IMG/VR virus record: IMGVR_UViG_3300044478_000087
Span: 1-50,041 of that record
DNA: 50,041 bases
Strand: one strand, 5' to 3'
From: a virus
Lineage: Duplodnaviria; Caudoviricetes
Positions 1 through 8,403 of the stretch are shown one piece after another. A program made the translations under genes and the position numbers. The notes beneath the pieces were generated by a model, which had not been told where the DNA came from, searched no databases, and saw only the letters and a program-made list of their open reading frames with translations. The first letter of the stretch is position 1; each line of letters begins with the position of its first letter.

Positions 1-105
1 ATACCCATGTGTTGCCATCTGCCAGACCCCAAGCCAGGCGACCGCGCCCAGCGCGATGAGCCCCGCGGCGACGAGCGCTCCAACCCTGCGCTGCACTCTC
101 CTCAT
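1..105 (-). CDS. N-terminal fragment of a membrane-anchored or secreted protein running off the window edge (MRRVQRRVGALVAAGLIALGAVAWLGVWQMATHGY)
   Basis: ATG at 105 after a purine-rich RBS; basic N-terminus plus hydrophobic stretch; in frame with 49148-50041 if the ends are joined. Confidence 0.5.
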   Translation of the reverse strand, partial: MRRVQRRVGALVAAGLIALGAVAWLGVWQMATHGY

Positions 106-190
106 ACCCACCCCCTCTTCACGGCCACCACCCGAAGAACCATAGGGCGCAACACACCACGCCGTGAAGGCATCCATCCTCCACCCCCCC

Positions 191-640
191 CTACTGCACC
201 ACGGTAAACTCACCCACCCCCGGACCCTGCCGCACACACACGTCCGTACTGTGCACCCGCCCATCGATGATCGTGGTGATCGTCGTCATCCGGCATGCCT
301 GCCCCTCCCGCATCACCACCTGCCTCGGGATCACCGATCCCGCCGCCTCCGCGCCCTGCCAGTGCACCGGCCGCTGGGTCCGCATCGCCTCCCGCAGCGC
401 TTGCGCCTGCCGCTGTTGCGCCCCGGCGTCCATCGCCGACCCGATACCCGCCCCAGCCAGCGCACCTAAGACCCCACCCGCCGCGATCGCCAACGGGTTG
501 CCGCGCGACACCGTCGCCCCGAGGAGGGCACCCCCCGCTGCGCCACCAAACCCCCCGACCGCCGTGCGCGACCCAAACTCCCCCGCCGCGCACCCAGTCA
601 GCATGATCCCCACCACGATTACGCCGGCTCTCGCTCGCAT
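191..640 (-). CDS. Glycine-zipper outer-membrane lipoprotein (17 kDa surface antigen-like)
   Basis: AAGGAGG RBS before ATG 640; lipobox LTG-C; GxxxG zipper GGFGGAAGGALLG...GGVLGALAGAGIG; C-terminal W..G...C..C domain. Confidence 0.8.
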   Translation of the reverse strand: MRARAGVIVVGIMLTGCAAGEFGSRTAVGGFGGAAGGALLGATVSRGNPLAIAAGGVLGALAGAGIGSAMDAGAQQRQAQALREAMRTQRPVHWQGAEAAGSVIPRQVVMREGQACRMTTITTIIDGRVHSTDVCVRQGPGVGEFTVVQ

Positions 641-792
641 CACTTCCTCCTTGCGTGGCCCGACGGCCACCGCTATAATCGTCACTACGATGGGTTCTAC
701 CCACCCCATCCCCTCTCTGACGCTGCGGCGACCAGGGGGAGCTGCCCTGACTGCTCCTGGTCGCTCATTGCGTACCGCAATCTAATATACAA

Positions 793-821
793 ATGATATA
801 CAAATCCCTAAGCGATGTCAA
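793..821 (-). promoter_or_regulatory. Sigma70-type promoter for the lipoprotein gene
   Basis: TTGACA-17 bp-TATCAT on the minus strand. Confidence 0.7.
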
Positions 822-887
822 GCGCATTGTGGTACATGTGTGTGTGCTATTTTCTTGACCTGTCGGTTCATAGATATGGCGCCACAC

Positions 888-2387
888 CTAGACCCCGGTG
901 CGCGACCCCCCGACCAGCGCGGCCGGGTACCGCGTCACCAGCTTGAGCGGTCGCCCGCGCTTGCGCTTCTCCTCCGCCTCCGTTTTGCGCAACAGCGCGC
1001 AGGCCAGGGCACACATCGCGTCCCCCAGATGGCTGTACCTTTTCTTCGGCGGCACCTGCTCGTTTCGTACCTGCTCGCTCGCGTTGGTCTCATACGCCCA
1101 CCCCCCGTCCAAACACCGCACGAGGAGTGCCGCCCCTTGCCCGTCGATCCGCACCCACGGCGTGCCGCCGTGCCCCCGCTCCAGCGCCTCCTTCAGCCCC
1201 TGCCGCCTCGCCGACCAGCCCACCGGGGCCGCCACATACCGCGCCGGACCCAGCACCTCAAAGACCTTCCGCAGCGCCGTCTCCTCGCTGTCACTCTGTT
1301 CGCGTTCCCTCCCCTCCACCCCGCCGGCATACCACCAGCTGGTGATCCCGCTCTGCGCCAACCACGGCTGCACGTCCTCCTCCATCAACTGCTTCATCCC
1401 GACGTTCTCCCGCGTCCACGCTTTCAAAATGTTCAAGTACCCCGATGGCGTCACCTGCGCAATGATGCACGTCGGATTGAGGCCGTAGTCGAGCCCGAGC
1501 ACCGCCGGCACGTGCGGCATCGGCCGCAGCCCCTGCACGATATGCCCCCCGTGAAACTCCGGCGTCACCCGCACCCCCACGTCCACCGACGACACCCGCC
1601 CTTCCACCAGCCGCGCGAACAACGACCGGTCCCCCGTCGCGAGGTAAATGTCCCGGTTCCGCTCTCGGTACCCCGGCGACACCAGCTCCGCCGCGCACTC
1701 CTCCGGTGGCGTGATAAACACCCCGCTCTGCTCCCGGATGCGCGCCCGCGCTGCCAACTGCTCCTCGTCCATCTCCAATTCCAGATCCGCATACGCCTCC
1801 CAGCCCGGCAAATGGAATAACTGCGCCAGCCAATGGTCCCCGCTCGGCGGGTTCGAGGCAATCATCACCCTCGGACGCGGTGCCGCCCGTAAACACGTCA
1901 CCGCCGCCGCCAATACCGACTCCTGGATTCCCGCGCTCGAGGCCTCGTCGTTCGTCTTCAGCGGGCATGGCTCCTCAATAATCACCCCCCCAGACGCCTC
2001 GTAACTCTGGAATCGGCTAAAATCCGCCGCCGAGTTCACCCCAAAAAAGTCCAGGTGCGCAATATGCACCAGGTCCCGCTTCGGCCCGAGGTAAATCTTG
2101 CAGGCGTCCGGCTCGTCCTGCTTCCCCACAAAATCACTGTGCGGGGCCGGTAGCCATTGCCGGATCGACCGCCCAAAGCTCCGCCCGAGGTTCGCCCGCG
2201 TGTCCCGGATCACCGCAAACTTCAAGGGCCACCATTTCTCCTCTGTCTGCCGCGCCTGGAACAGCGTCTTCATGATGGTTCCCGTCGTCTTCCCGCTCCC
2301 CCTCGGCCCCATAATGACATCGTACAACTTCTCACTCAGCACATACGCCGCCGTCGTCGGCAATGGCGTGTACACCCGCTCTTGCAT
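888..2387 (-). CDS. terL: Terminase large subunit
   Basis: Walker A GPRGSGKT, Walker B VIIEE, nuclease motif LGLDYGLNP, C-terminal HLGDA. Confidence 0.9.
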   Translation of the reverse strand: MQERVYTPLPTTAAYVLSEKLYDVIMGPRGSGKTTGTIMKTLFQARQTEEKWWPLKFAVIRDTRANLGRSFGRSIRQWLPAPHSDFVGKQDEPDACKIYLGPKRDLVHIAHLDFFGVNSAADFSRFQSYEASGGVIIEEPCPLKTNDEASSAGIQESVLAAAVTCLRAAPRPRVMIASNPPSGDHWLAQLFHLPGWEAYADLELEMDEEQLAARARIREQSGVFITPPEECAAELVSPGYRERNRDIYLATGDRSLFARLVEGRVSSVDVGVRVTPEFHGGHIVQGLRPMPHVPAVLGLDYGLNPTCIIAQVTPSGYLNILKAWTRENVGMKQLMEEDVQPWLAQSGITSWWYAGGVEGREREQSDSEETALRKVFEVLGPARYVAAPVGWSARRQGLKEALERGHGGTPWVRIDGQGAALLVRCLDGGWAYETNASEQVRNEQVPPKKRYSHLGDAMCALACALLRKTEAEEKRKRGRPLKLVTRYPAALVGGSRTGV

Positions 2388-2390
2388 CGG

Positions 2391-2672
2391 CTATCTCCCC
2401 AGCTCCGGCCCACGCTCCCGGGCTAACGCCTTCTCCTGATCCTCCCCCTTCCGCACCGCCTCTTCCCGGCGCCAACTCATCCCGTCCCTCGCGCGCTCCA
2501 GCCGCTCCCTCTGCACTCCACTGTCCCGCCGCACCTCCGCCCCCACCTCCCGCGCCAACGCGTCCTGACGTCTCTGCCGCCCCTCATCGCCCTCCCGCGC
2601 ATACGCCTCCAAACGTTCCCGCGCCCCACGCACCACCTCCCGCGCCTGCAACACCTGCTCCAGCCAGTTCAT
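2391..2672 (-). CDS. Hypothetical charged coiled-coil protein
   Basis: AAGGAAG RBS before ATG 2672; ends 3 bp before terL. Confidence 0.6.
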   Translation of the reverse strand: MNWLEQVLQAREVVRGARERLEAYAREGDEGRQRRQDALAREVGAEVRRDSGVQRERLERARDGMSWRREEAVRKGEDQEKALARERGPELGR

Positions 2673-2909
2673 GCTCTCTTCCTTATGGGACAAATCAGTC
2701 CATAAAACCGCCCGCAACATCCCAATCTTACCACGCGCGCCTCCGCAGGGGCGTAGGGTACTCCTAGGAGCCCCATGCCCCTGATTCCCCAGGCCGCATC
2801 AGGGCGCGCGCAGCAAGGGGCTTAAGCCCCCTCCCCCATAACGGTCCCTTTTTTTGTGCCCCCCATGGGGGGGCCATGCCGTCCGTCCGGCACAGCCCCA
2901 GCGCCCAGA

Positions 2910-3104
2910 CTACCCACCCAGCGCCTCATCAATGGTGTCGATCATCGACTCCACCAGGTGGACCACGAGCGTAGCCGGGCTGGCGGCTTGCATCAATGGC
3001 TGCCCATCCACGAACCACACCCACGGTTGGCGCAGCGTGTAGGCCAGCGTGTCGTCACCGTAGAACTCCGGCGCCACCTGCCTGATTTCATGTGCCTGGC
3101 TCAT
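2910..3104 (-). CDS. Small hypothetical early protein
   Basis: ATGA overlap with the upstream ORF. Confidence 0.55.
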   Translation of the reverse strand: MSQAHEIRQVAPEFYGDDTLAYTLRQPWVWFVDGQPLMQAASPATLVVHLVESMIDTIDEALGG

Positions 3105-3268
3105 CGCCGCGCCACCTCATCCGCAAACTGTTTGATCACCGCCTGGCGCTCGTCCTCTGTGCACTCGCCTAGCGTCGCCAACCGCGCCTGCAACTCTTCT
3201 TCGAGGGCATCCACTTCCGCCTCGGAGTGCCCCTCGGTGTTGTCCTCTCGCCAATAGATACGGTTCAT
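3101..3268 (-). CDS. Small acidic hypothetical protein (55 aa, MNRIYWREDN...; not in the ORF track)
   Basis: CAGGAGAGAG RBS, clean ORF, ATGA coupling to the next gene. Confidence 0.6.
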   Translation of the reverse strand: MNRIYWREDNTEGHSEAEVDALEEELQARLATLGECTEDERQAVIKQFADEVARR

Positions 3269-3371
3269 GGCCTCTCTCCTGTGTGTGTCACCCCTATCGC
3301 CCTGGCAGCCATGGGGGCTGCCTCACTGGTCGACAGTCGCCACCCGGGGTCGGGTGGCCGCACGCTCGTGG

Positions 3372-3653
3372 TTACTCCTCGTCCGCCGCCGTAAAGAACT
3401 TCGCAAACGCCTCGTCGATGCCGCGAGCATCGAACCATACCGCATCGCTGCCCCACGCTACCCCAGCACGATCAGCATGGGGAACATACAGGATCTCCAC
3501 CATCTCCACCCCTGCCGCGCCCTCCGGAGGCGCCAGCCTGGCCGTCTCATACGAAAGACCCTCGCGTTCCAGGCGGGCAATTTCGTCGCACAGATCGATT
3601 GACTTGAGGCCAGAGGCCTCACTGATCCGGTCATACATCGCCTGCTTTTCCAT
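3372..3653 (-). CDS. Hypothetical early protein
   Basis: CAGGAGAG RBS before ATG 3653; directly downstream of a strong promoter. Confidence 0.65.
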   Translation of the reverse strand: MEKQAMYDRISEASGLKSIDLCDEIARLEREGLSYETARLAPPEGAAGVEMVEILYVPHADRAGVAWGSDAVWFDARGIDEAFAKFFTAADEE

Positions 3654-3698
3654 GGGTTCTCTCCTGTGCCTATCGTCCATCGCTCACTCTCTGATAAA

Positions 3699-3727
3699 AT
3701 CGTATATCATTTTGCGGTGCGCGTCAA
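3699..3727 (-). promoter_or_regulatory. Sigma70 promoter, leftward
   Basis: TTGACG-17 bp-TACGAT. Confidence 0.7.
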
Positions 3728-3780
3728 TCCCTTTGGGTGTGAATTATTATCTTTTATTTACCTAAAGTATCTTTTATGTA

Positions 3781-3809
3781 TTGACGCCTTCCCGGGCATG
3801 CTATATACT
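3781..3809 (+). promoter_or_regulatory. Sigma70 promoter, rightward, for the recombinase operon
   Basis: TTGACG-17 bp-TATACT preceded by an AT-rich UP-like tract. Confidence 0.75.
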
Positions 3810-3855
3810 ATCGATAAGAATGATGAATTTCGCTACTTTTTAGAGGAGAGAGGGT

Positions 3856-4194
3856 ATGGCATCGCGTCAGCTGATCCACGGATATCGGATTCAGCCCGCC
3901 GGGCTCGACATCCTTGGGCACCGGAGTGAAACAAGCGCTGGGACCCTCGACGACGGGGTCCACGTGTTTAGCACCCTGGCCGACGCCGCCCAGGCCGTCA
4001 AGGGCTGGGTCGCTGATGGCAGCCAGCCAGAGCTGGTGACCATCCTCTGTGACCCTGAGGACCTGGCCGCTAACGAGGACTACGAGGGCGCCCTGCTGCT
4101 CGACAGCGCCGGCACCATCATCGCCCGCCACCCCTTTGCCGACTGGGAGGAGCTGTACGACTGGGCTGCCCAGTATTTAGAGGAGCACCAATGA
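3856..4194 (+). CDS. Acidic hypothetical protein
   Basis: GAGGAG RBS; ATGA overlap with the recombinase gene. Confidence 0.7.
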   Translation: MASRQLIHGYRIQPAGLDILGHRSETSAGTLDDGVHVFSTLADAAQAVKGWVADGSQPELVTILCDPEDLAANEDYEGALLLDSAGTIIARHPFADWEELYDWAAQYLEEHQ

Positions 4195-4787
4195 GACGCC
4201 GCACACCCACCCGTGTGCCGGTCGTTCTGACGCAGGAGGAGGCCACCCGCCTCCTCCGCCAGGCGAACCCGCGTTACCGCACGGGCCATCGCGACCGCTG
4301 CATAATGCAACTCATGCTCAACGCCGGCCTGCGCTGTGGCGAAGTCCTCGCGCTCAAGACAAGCGACGTCGACTGGCAGAATGGCCAGCTCATCGTCCGC
4401 CAGGGGAAGGGCGGCAAAGACCGTGCCCTGTGGCTCAATGAACACGTGCTGGCAGACCTGCGCCTCTGGAAAGGCCGGCGCCCAGCGCTCGAGAACCCGC
4501 TGCTCTTTACGACGCTCAAAGGGACGCCCATTTACCCGTGCGCGGTGCGGACGATGGTCAAGCGCCGGGCCGCCAAAGCCGAGATTCCCAAGGATGTCCA
4601 CCCACACACCCTGCGGCACACCTACGCGACCGAGCTGTACCGCGCCTGCCGCAACCTCCTGACCGTCCAAAAGGCGCTAGGACACAGCCATATCAACTCC
4701 ACGCTCATCTACACCCACCTGGTCGATGAAGACTACGAGGCTGCCCTGCGGAACCTGGAGGTTGGGTTCCGGGTCAGCGTCTCATAG
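4191..4787 (+). CDS. Tyrosine recombinase, catalytic domain only (198 aa)
   Basis: GLR..E, GKGGKDR, HPHTLRHTYAT, LGH, T.IY: complete R-K-H-R-H-Y set. Confidence 0.92.
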   Translation: MRRRTPTRVPVVLTQEEATRLLRQANPRYRTGHRDRCIMQLMLNAGLRCGEVLALKTSDVDWQNGQLIVRQGKGGKDRALWLNEHVLADLRLWKGRRPALENPLLFTTLKGTPIYPCAVRTMVKRRAAKAEIPKDVHPHTLRHTYATELYRACRNLLTVQKALGHSHINSTLIYTHLVDEDYEAALRNLEVGFRVSVS

Positions 4788-4798
4788 TGCTACGCCTC

Positions 4799-4823
4799 GC
4801 TGGGAGGAGAGTTTCCTCCCAGC
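4799..4823 (+). terminator. Hairpin after the recombinase gene
   Basis: GCTGGGAGGA-GAGTT-TCCTCCCAGC, perfect 10-bp stem; no clear U-tract. Confidence 0.5.
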
Positions 4824-4972
4824 CCATCCATGAAAATTCCCCAAAAAAGCCCCGAGGATAGGGCAAATTTCCACCAGAGGCGACAGCACGACACACAGGG
4901 ACCAGCGAGGCCGCAGGGCGCAACCCTTCCCATTGGGGTGCGCAAAAAGCATTACTGCCTGCCTGAATGGAA

Positions 4973-4996
4973 ATACTTTACTGGTCGGTCAATCAG
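4973..4996. promoter_or_regulatory. Operator-like palindrome TTTACTGGTCGGTCAA, shared with 42466-42489
   Basis: 20/24 identity to the inverted copy at 42466-42489. Confidence 0.45.
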
Positions 4997-5163
4997 CTTT
5001 ATCAGGAAACCCGCGTGTGCGCCCAAGAAGCCCCTGCGCCATTTTCCCCTCTGGCGCGCGAGAATGCCCCGTGGTTACGCGCAGCATCGCGCCCCATGTG
5101 TGGGCATAGCTCGCCTGCCTTGCGCAGCGTCTGGCCCTCGTCTCGCGCGTCTCGCGGGGTCTT

Positions 5164-5784
5164 TTAGCGTTGGGGTGGCAGTGGCGTTGCGGGGAGATGC
5201 ATGGTGAAGGGACCGAGGTCATCGTGGTGCCCCTGAGCAGCAGCCTGGACGGTGACATTGGCGCCGACGTTGATGGTGAGGGTGAGGCCTTCGCCAGCCC
5301 CGGCCGTTTCTTTGTCGTAGAGGCCGAGGAGGCGGCCGATTTGGATGAGGGCCTCGACTTTGGCGAAGTGGTACTTGGCGCGGCCATTTTTGAACTCGAC
5401 CCCGACGAGGGCGAGGCGCAGGGCGTCGCGGGTGGCCGGGTCGAGGGCGTCGAGGCGCTTGAGGGAGCCATCGGGGTTGAGGCAGGCGGTGATGTCAAAG
5501 GCGGCCATCATGGCCCACTGGCGCACGAGCTTCTCGGGGGTGTAGGCGGCAGCGTCGGCGAAGACGGCCTGGTAGTACGCCACCGCGTCCTGAATATCTG
5601 GGCGCTTGAGGAGGTACTGGCCGTGGCCGGTGGCACGCGGCGAGTAGCCGGCCATGACGAGGGACTTGGAGATATTGCCCGTGGCGGCATAGTGCTCTGC
5701 GAACTTTCGCATGCGAGGTTGCAGACCATGGAGCACGTCGGGGGCGTCAGGCTGGGGATCAGGCAGCGCAGGGACGTCAGGCAT
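5164..5784 (-). CDS. terS: Terminase small subunit
   Basis: RKFAEHY...GNISKS..MAGYS....G..LL.RPDIQ matches the Terminase_2-type HTH; GGAGG RBS. Confidence 0.8.
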   Translation of the reverse strand: MPDVPALPDPQPDAPDVLHGLQPRMRKFAEHYAATGNISKSLVMAGYSPRATGHGQYLLKRPDIQDAVAYYQAVFADAAAYTPEKLVRQWAMMAAFDITACLNPDGSLKRLDALDPATRDALRLALVGVEFKNGRAKYHFAKVEALIQIGRLLGLYDKETAGAGEGLTLTINVGANVTVQAAAQGHHDDLGPFTMHLPATPLPPQR

Positions 5785-5969
5785 TGGGGCCTCCAAGGGA
5801 AGTCACACGGTACGTGGCGAGAGGGTACCATAGTCAGCGGCAGGTTGTCCAGTCATAGGGACCGTCCGAGGCTCCCGGTCGAGGGGGCTGCCACTCCGGG
5901 AGTGACCGGGCACGGGGTCCGTCACGGGGCGGGTGATGACCACGGGGGAGCCCTTCCAGGAGGGGCAGG

Positions 5970-6365
5970 ATGACAGTATGACGTTACATGACAATATCGG
6001 CATTTTAAATATATACTGCTCGTTTTCCCTAGGGGAGCATAGGAAATATTGTCATGTAATGTCATTAATGTCATGAAATGACATCTTTAGTTTTAATATT
6101 CCCTACCTGATTGATCTAGGATAGCCAGGTATGTTACTCCAGTACTCAGGTTTTCTCGCGTGCTTGGCTTTCTTGTGTACTTGGCGGTCTTGGAATATAT
6201 TCTCATTAACGTTCCACGTCGTGAAACACTATAACCCTATATATAATATATATATATACCAAGACCGCCAAGTACTCCTAGAGTGCCTAGGGTGCCTAGG
6301 GTGCAAAGACTGCCGAATACTCCCTCCTTACTCTCTCTCTCTCTCTCTCTCTCTACTCTCTCTAG
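5970..6365. repeat. AT-rich repeat region, putative replication origin
   Basis: ATGAC/GTCAT repeats with a 19/20 inverted repeat (5978-5997 vs 6046-6065); 23/24 inverted repeat (6177-6200 vs 6252-6275); (TA)n, GTGCCTAGG tandem and (CT)n tracts; directly downstream of the primase-helicase gene. Confidence 0.6.
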
Positions 6366-6513
6366 GGTGCTCATTTGGTCACTGTTTTATGAAATATATA
6401 CATACCTTATGTATGGGTTTTTATGTTCTAAGCCTGTTGAGAGAAGACACGAACCTGGACGGTTGGTGGGACACGGCGGTGTGGGCGGGCTGGGGACATC
6501 CAGCCCGCCAGGA

Positions 6514-8403
6514 TTAGCGTTGCCGGAGGTCGAGCGGCTGGAGTCTCCACGTCCAGGAGTCGCCCTGCTTGGCCGCCTTGACCCGCAGTGCCCGGCGCGC
6601 GCGTTCCAGGGTGCGCTTACTGATGCCGTCCTGCTCGGCTCGTTCGGTGAGATCGTTGGCCGATTGGGGGATGTGGCTCAGGCTGTCTTCGAGCCAGGAG
6701 CAGGCTTCGAGGAAGGACGTGGGTTCTGGCCCGCGCCCTGATCCTGCCACGTCTTCGGCCCCGAGGCGGGAAATGCCCCCCCAGGCGAACGTGCCCTTGT
6801 CGAGGACGAAGACCTGGGTCCGGCCTATGCCCTCCAGGTTGTTCTTTGACTGGGCCATCCACACCCGGTAGACGCCGTCATCCGCCATGGAGGGTTGCCG
6901 CACAACGATCAGGGCGCTCCTGGCGATGCCGATGATGTCGATGGAGCCCAGGCCGCGATGGATGGCGCTGGCCCCCACGCTGCCCTTGCCGGGGTGCCGC
7001 ACGACCAGCATCACCACCTGGTGCTTTTCGGCCACCGCGCGCAGGCCGTTCATGATCGGGCGCGTCTCGTTGGCCTGGTTCATATTGATTTTGGCGCCGA
7101 GGTAGGCCTGGAGGGGGTCGATCACCACGAGGGCGCATTGGCCGTCCAGGGCGGTGAGCGCTTCGTCCAGGAGGGCGACGTCTTGCAGCGTGAAGGGGGC
7201 AGGCCCGTCCTGCTCGGCCTGCTCGGTGACCTTGCCGTCACAGACGCGCAGGGAGGCGGGGTCGCCGCCGCAGTTCAGGTAGCGCGGCAGGATGGTGCTC
7301 TCAAAAGAGTCTTCGGTGTTGAAGACGAGGGTGAGCTGTGGCTCGCGAGGGCTTCCAGGCCGGCCGTCCTGGTCTGGCAGTGGGTCGCCGCGCGAGATGG
7401 AGGCGGCCAGCTGCATGCAGAAGGTGCTCTTGCCGGTGCCGGGCTCGCCGTCAAGCAGGACGATGGTGCCCCGGGCCATGTAGGGCCACCAGAGCCAGTC
7501 CACGGGCTTCACCTGGGTGGTGACCGCGTCGAGGAAGTGGAGGTGTTCTTTGGGTGGTGTCGAGAGTGCCATGAGCGTTTCGACATGGGCTTCCCGTCGC
7601 GTCTGCCCCTGCGGCTTACTCCCGGCGCTGGCCGTGAGGGTGCGCAGCTCGCGGTCAGGCAGCGGGTGCTGGCAGCGCTGGTTGAGGACCACGAGGGCGG
7701 CGTAGATTTCCTCGGTCGTGGAGCCCTTGGCGCGGAGGGAGCAGGCGAGTCGGTACAGCTCGTCGTTGCGGTGCCCGTCGGGGATCGCCTCGGGCAGGAC
7801 GTAGGCCGGCTTGAAGCCGTTGCCGCCGTCGGCCCGGCACTTCGCGATGAGCCAGTCTGGGACTGGGGCGAGAGGCAGGTCGTCGAGGTCGGTCTCCCAG
7901 GTGTAGAGCCTGCCCGAGGGGTGCCGGCTGGGCGGGAGGACCACGTAGCCGCCCTCGCCCCGCGTGTCGATGCCGGCGCCGATGGCGCTGCCGGCGCTGT
8001 TCGTCAGCCTCACCCCGTCTGGAGCCCGGAAGAAGCGCTGCTGCCCGCCGCCGCCGGTGCGCTGCCACGGCGTCTCTGGGACCACGTAGCTGGTGGTGAT
8101 GCGGCCCCACTCGCACCCCTCGCGATAGTCGTCGATGTCCAGGACAAACAGCCCGCTGCGGTGCCCAGTCACCACGCCGATGTTGGCCTGCGGCCACTGG
8201 CGCCACCAGGCCTCAATCTGTCGCCGGTCACAGGTGGCGCGTTCGGGCCATCCACTGATGAGGGGAGTCTTCTCCCCGGCCTTGACGGGGAAGATGGGCC
8301 ACCCGAGTTCGGCATAGCCCAGGGCAGCGTCCAGCAGATCTCTCGCGCGGCCCGTCGTGGTGCGGTGTTGAGAATTGTCGTCAGATGTGCTAGTATTTGG
8401 CAT
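6514..8403 (-). CDS. Bifunctional primase/polymerase (Prim-Pol) + PriCT + RepA-type AAA helicase
   Basis: GWPIFPV, ANIGVVTG, VLDID, IDTRGEGGYVVLPPS.HPSG..Y.W; G.RNDELY; Walker A GEPGTGKS; Walker B VVIDP. Confidence 0.9.
   Translation of the reverse strand: MPNTSTSDDNSQHRTTTGRARDLLDAALGYAELGWPIFPVKAGEKTPLISGWPERATCDRRQIEAWWRQWPQANIGVVTGHRSGLFVLDIDDYREGCEWGRITTSYVVPETPWQRTGGGGQQRFFRAPDGVRLTNSAGSAIGAGIDTRGEGGYVVLPPSRHPSGRLYTWETDLDDLPLAPVPDWLIAKCRADGGNGFKPAYVLPEAIPDGHRNDELYRLACSLRAKGSTTEEIYAALVVLNQRCQHPLPDRELRTLTASAGSKPQGQTRREAHVETLMALSTPPKEHLHFLDAVTTQVKPVDWLWWPYMARGTIVLLDGEPGTGKSTFCMQLAASISRGDPLPDQDGRPGSPREPQLTLVFNTEDSFESTILPRYLNCGGDPASLRVCDGKVTEQAEQDGPAPFTLQDVALLDEALTALDGQCALVVIDPLQAYLGAKINMNQANETRPIMNGLRAVAEKHQVVMLVVRHPGKGSVGASAIHRGLGSIDIIGIARSALIVVRQPSMADDGVYRVWMAQSKNNLEGIGRTQVFVLDKGTFAWGGISRLGAEDVAGSGRGPEPTSFLEACSWLEDSLSHIPQSANDLTERAEQDGISKRTLERARRALRVKAAKQGDSWTWRLQPLDLRQR

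Noticed and set aside
4937-4964. dif-like Xer site (GGTGCGCAAAA resembles the XerC arm)
   Set aside because: No XerD arm (TTATGTTAAAT-like) at the 6-bp spacing
2733-5060. Inverted repeats defining an invertible segment around the recombinase
   Set aside because: Only short GC-rich matches (CGCGCGCC, CGCAGGGGC) with inconsistent spacing, as expected by chance at this GC content
6131-6517. 128-aa ORF across the AT-rich region
   Set aside because: Translation of microsatellite and inverted repeats (SLSLSLSL, IYIY); more likely non-coding origin DNA
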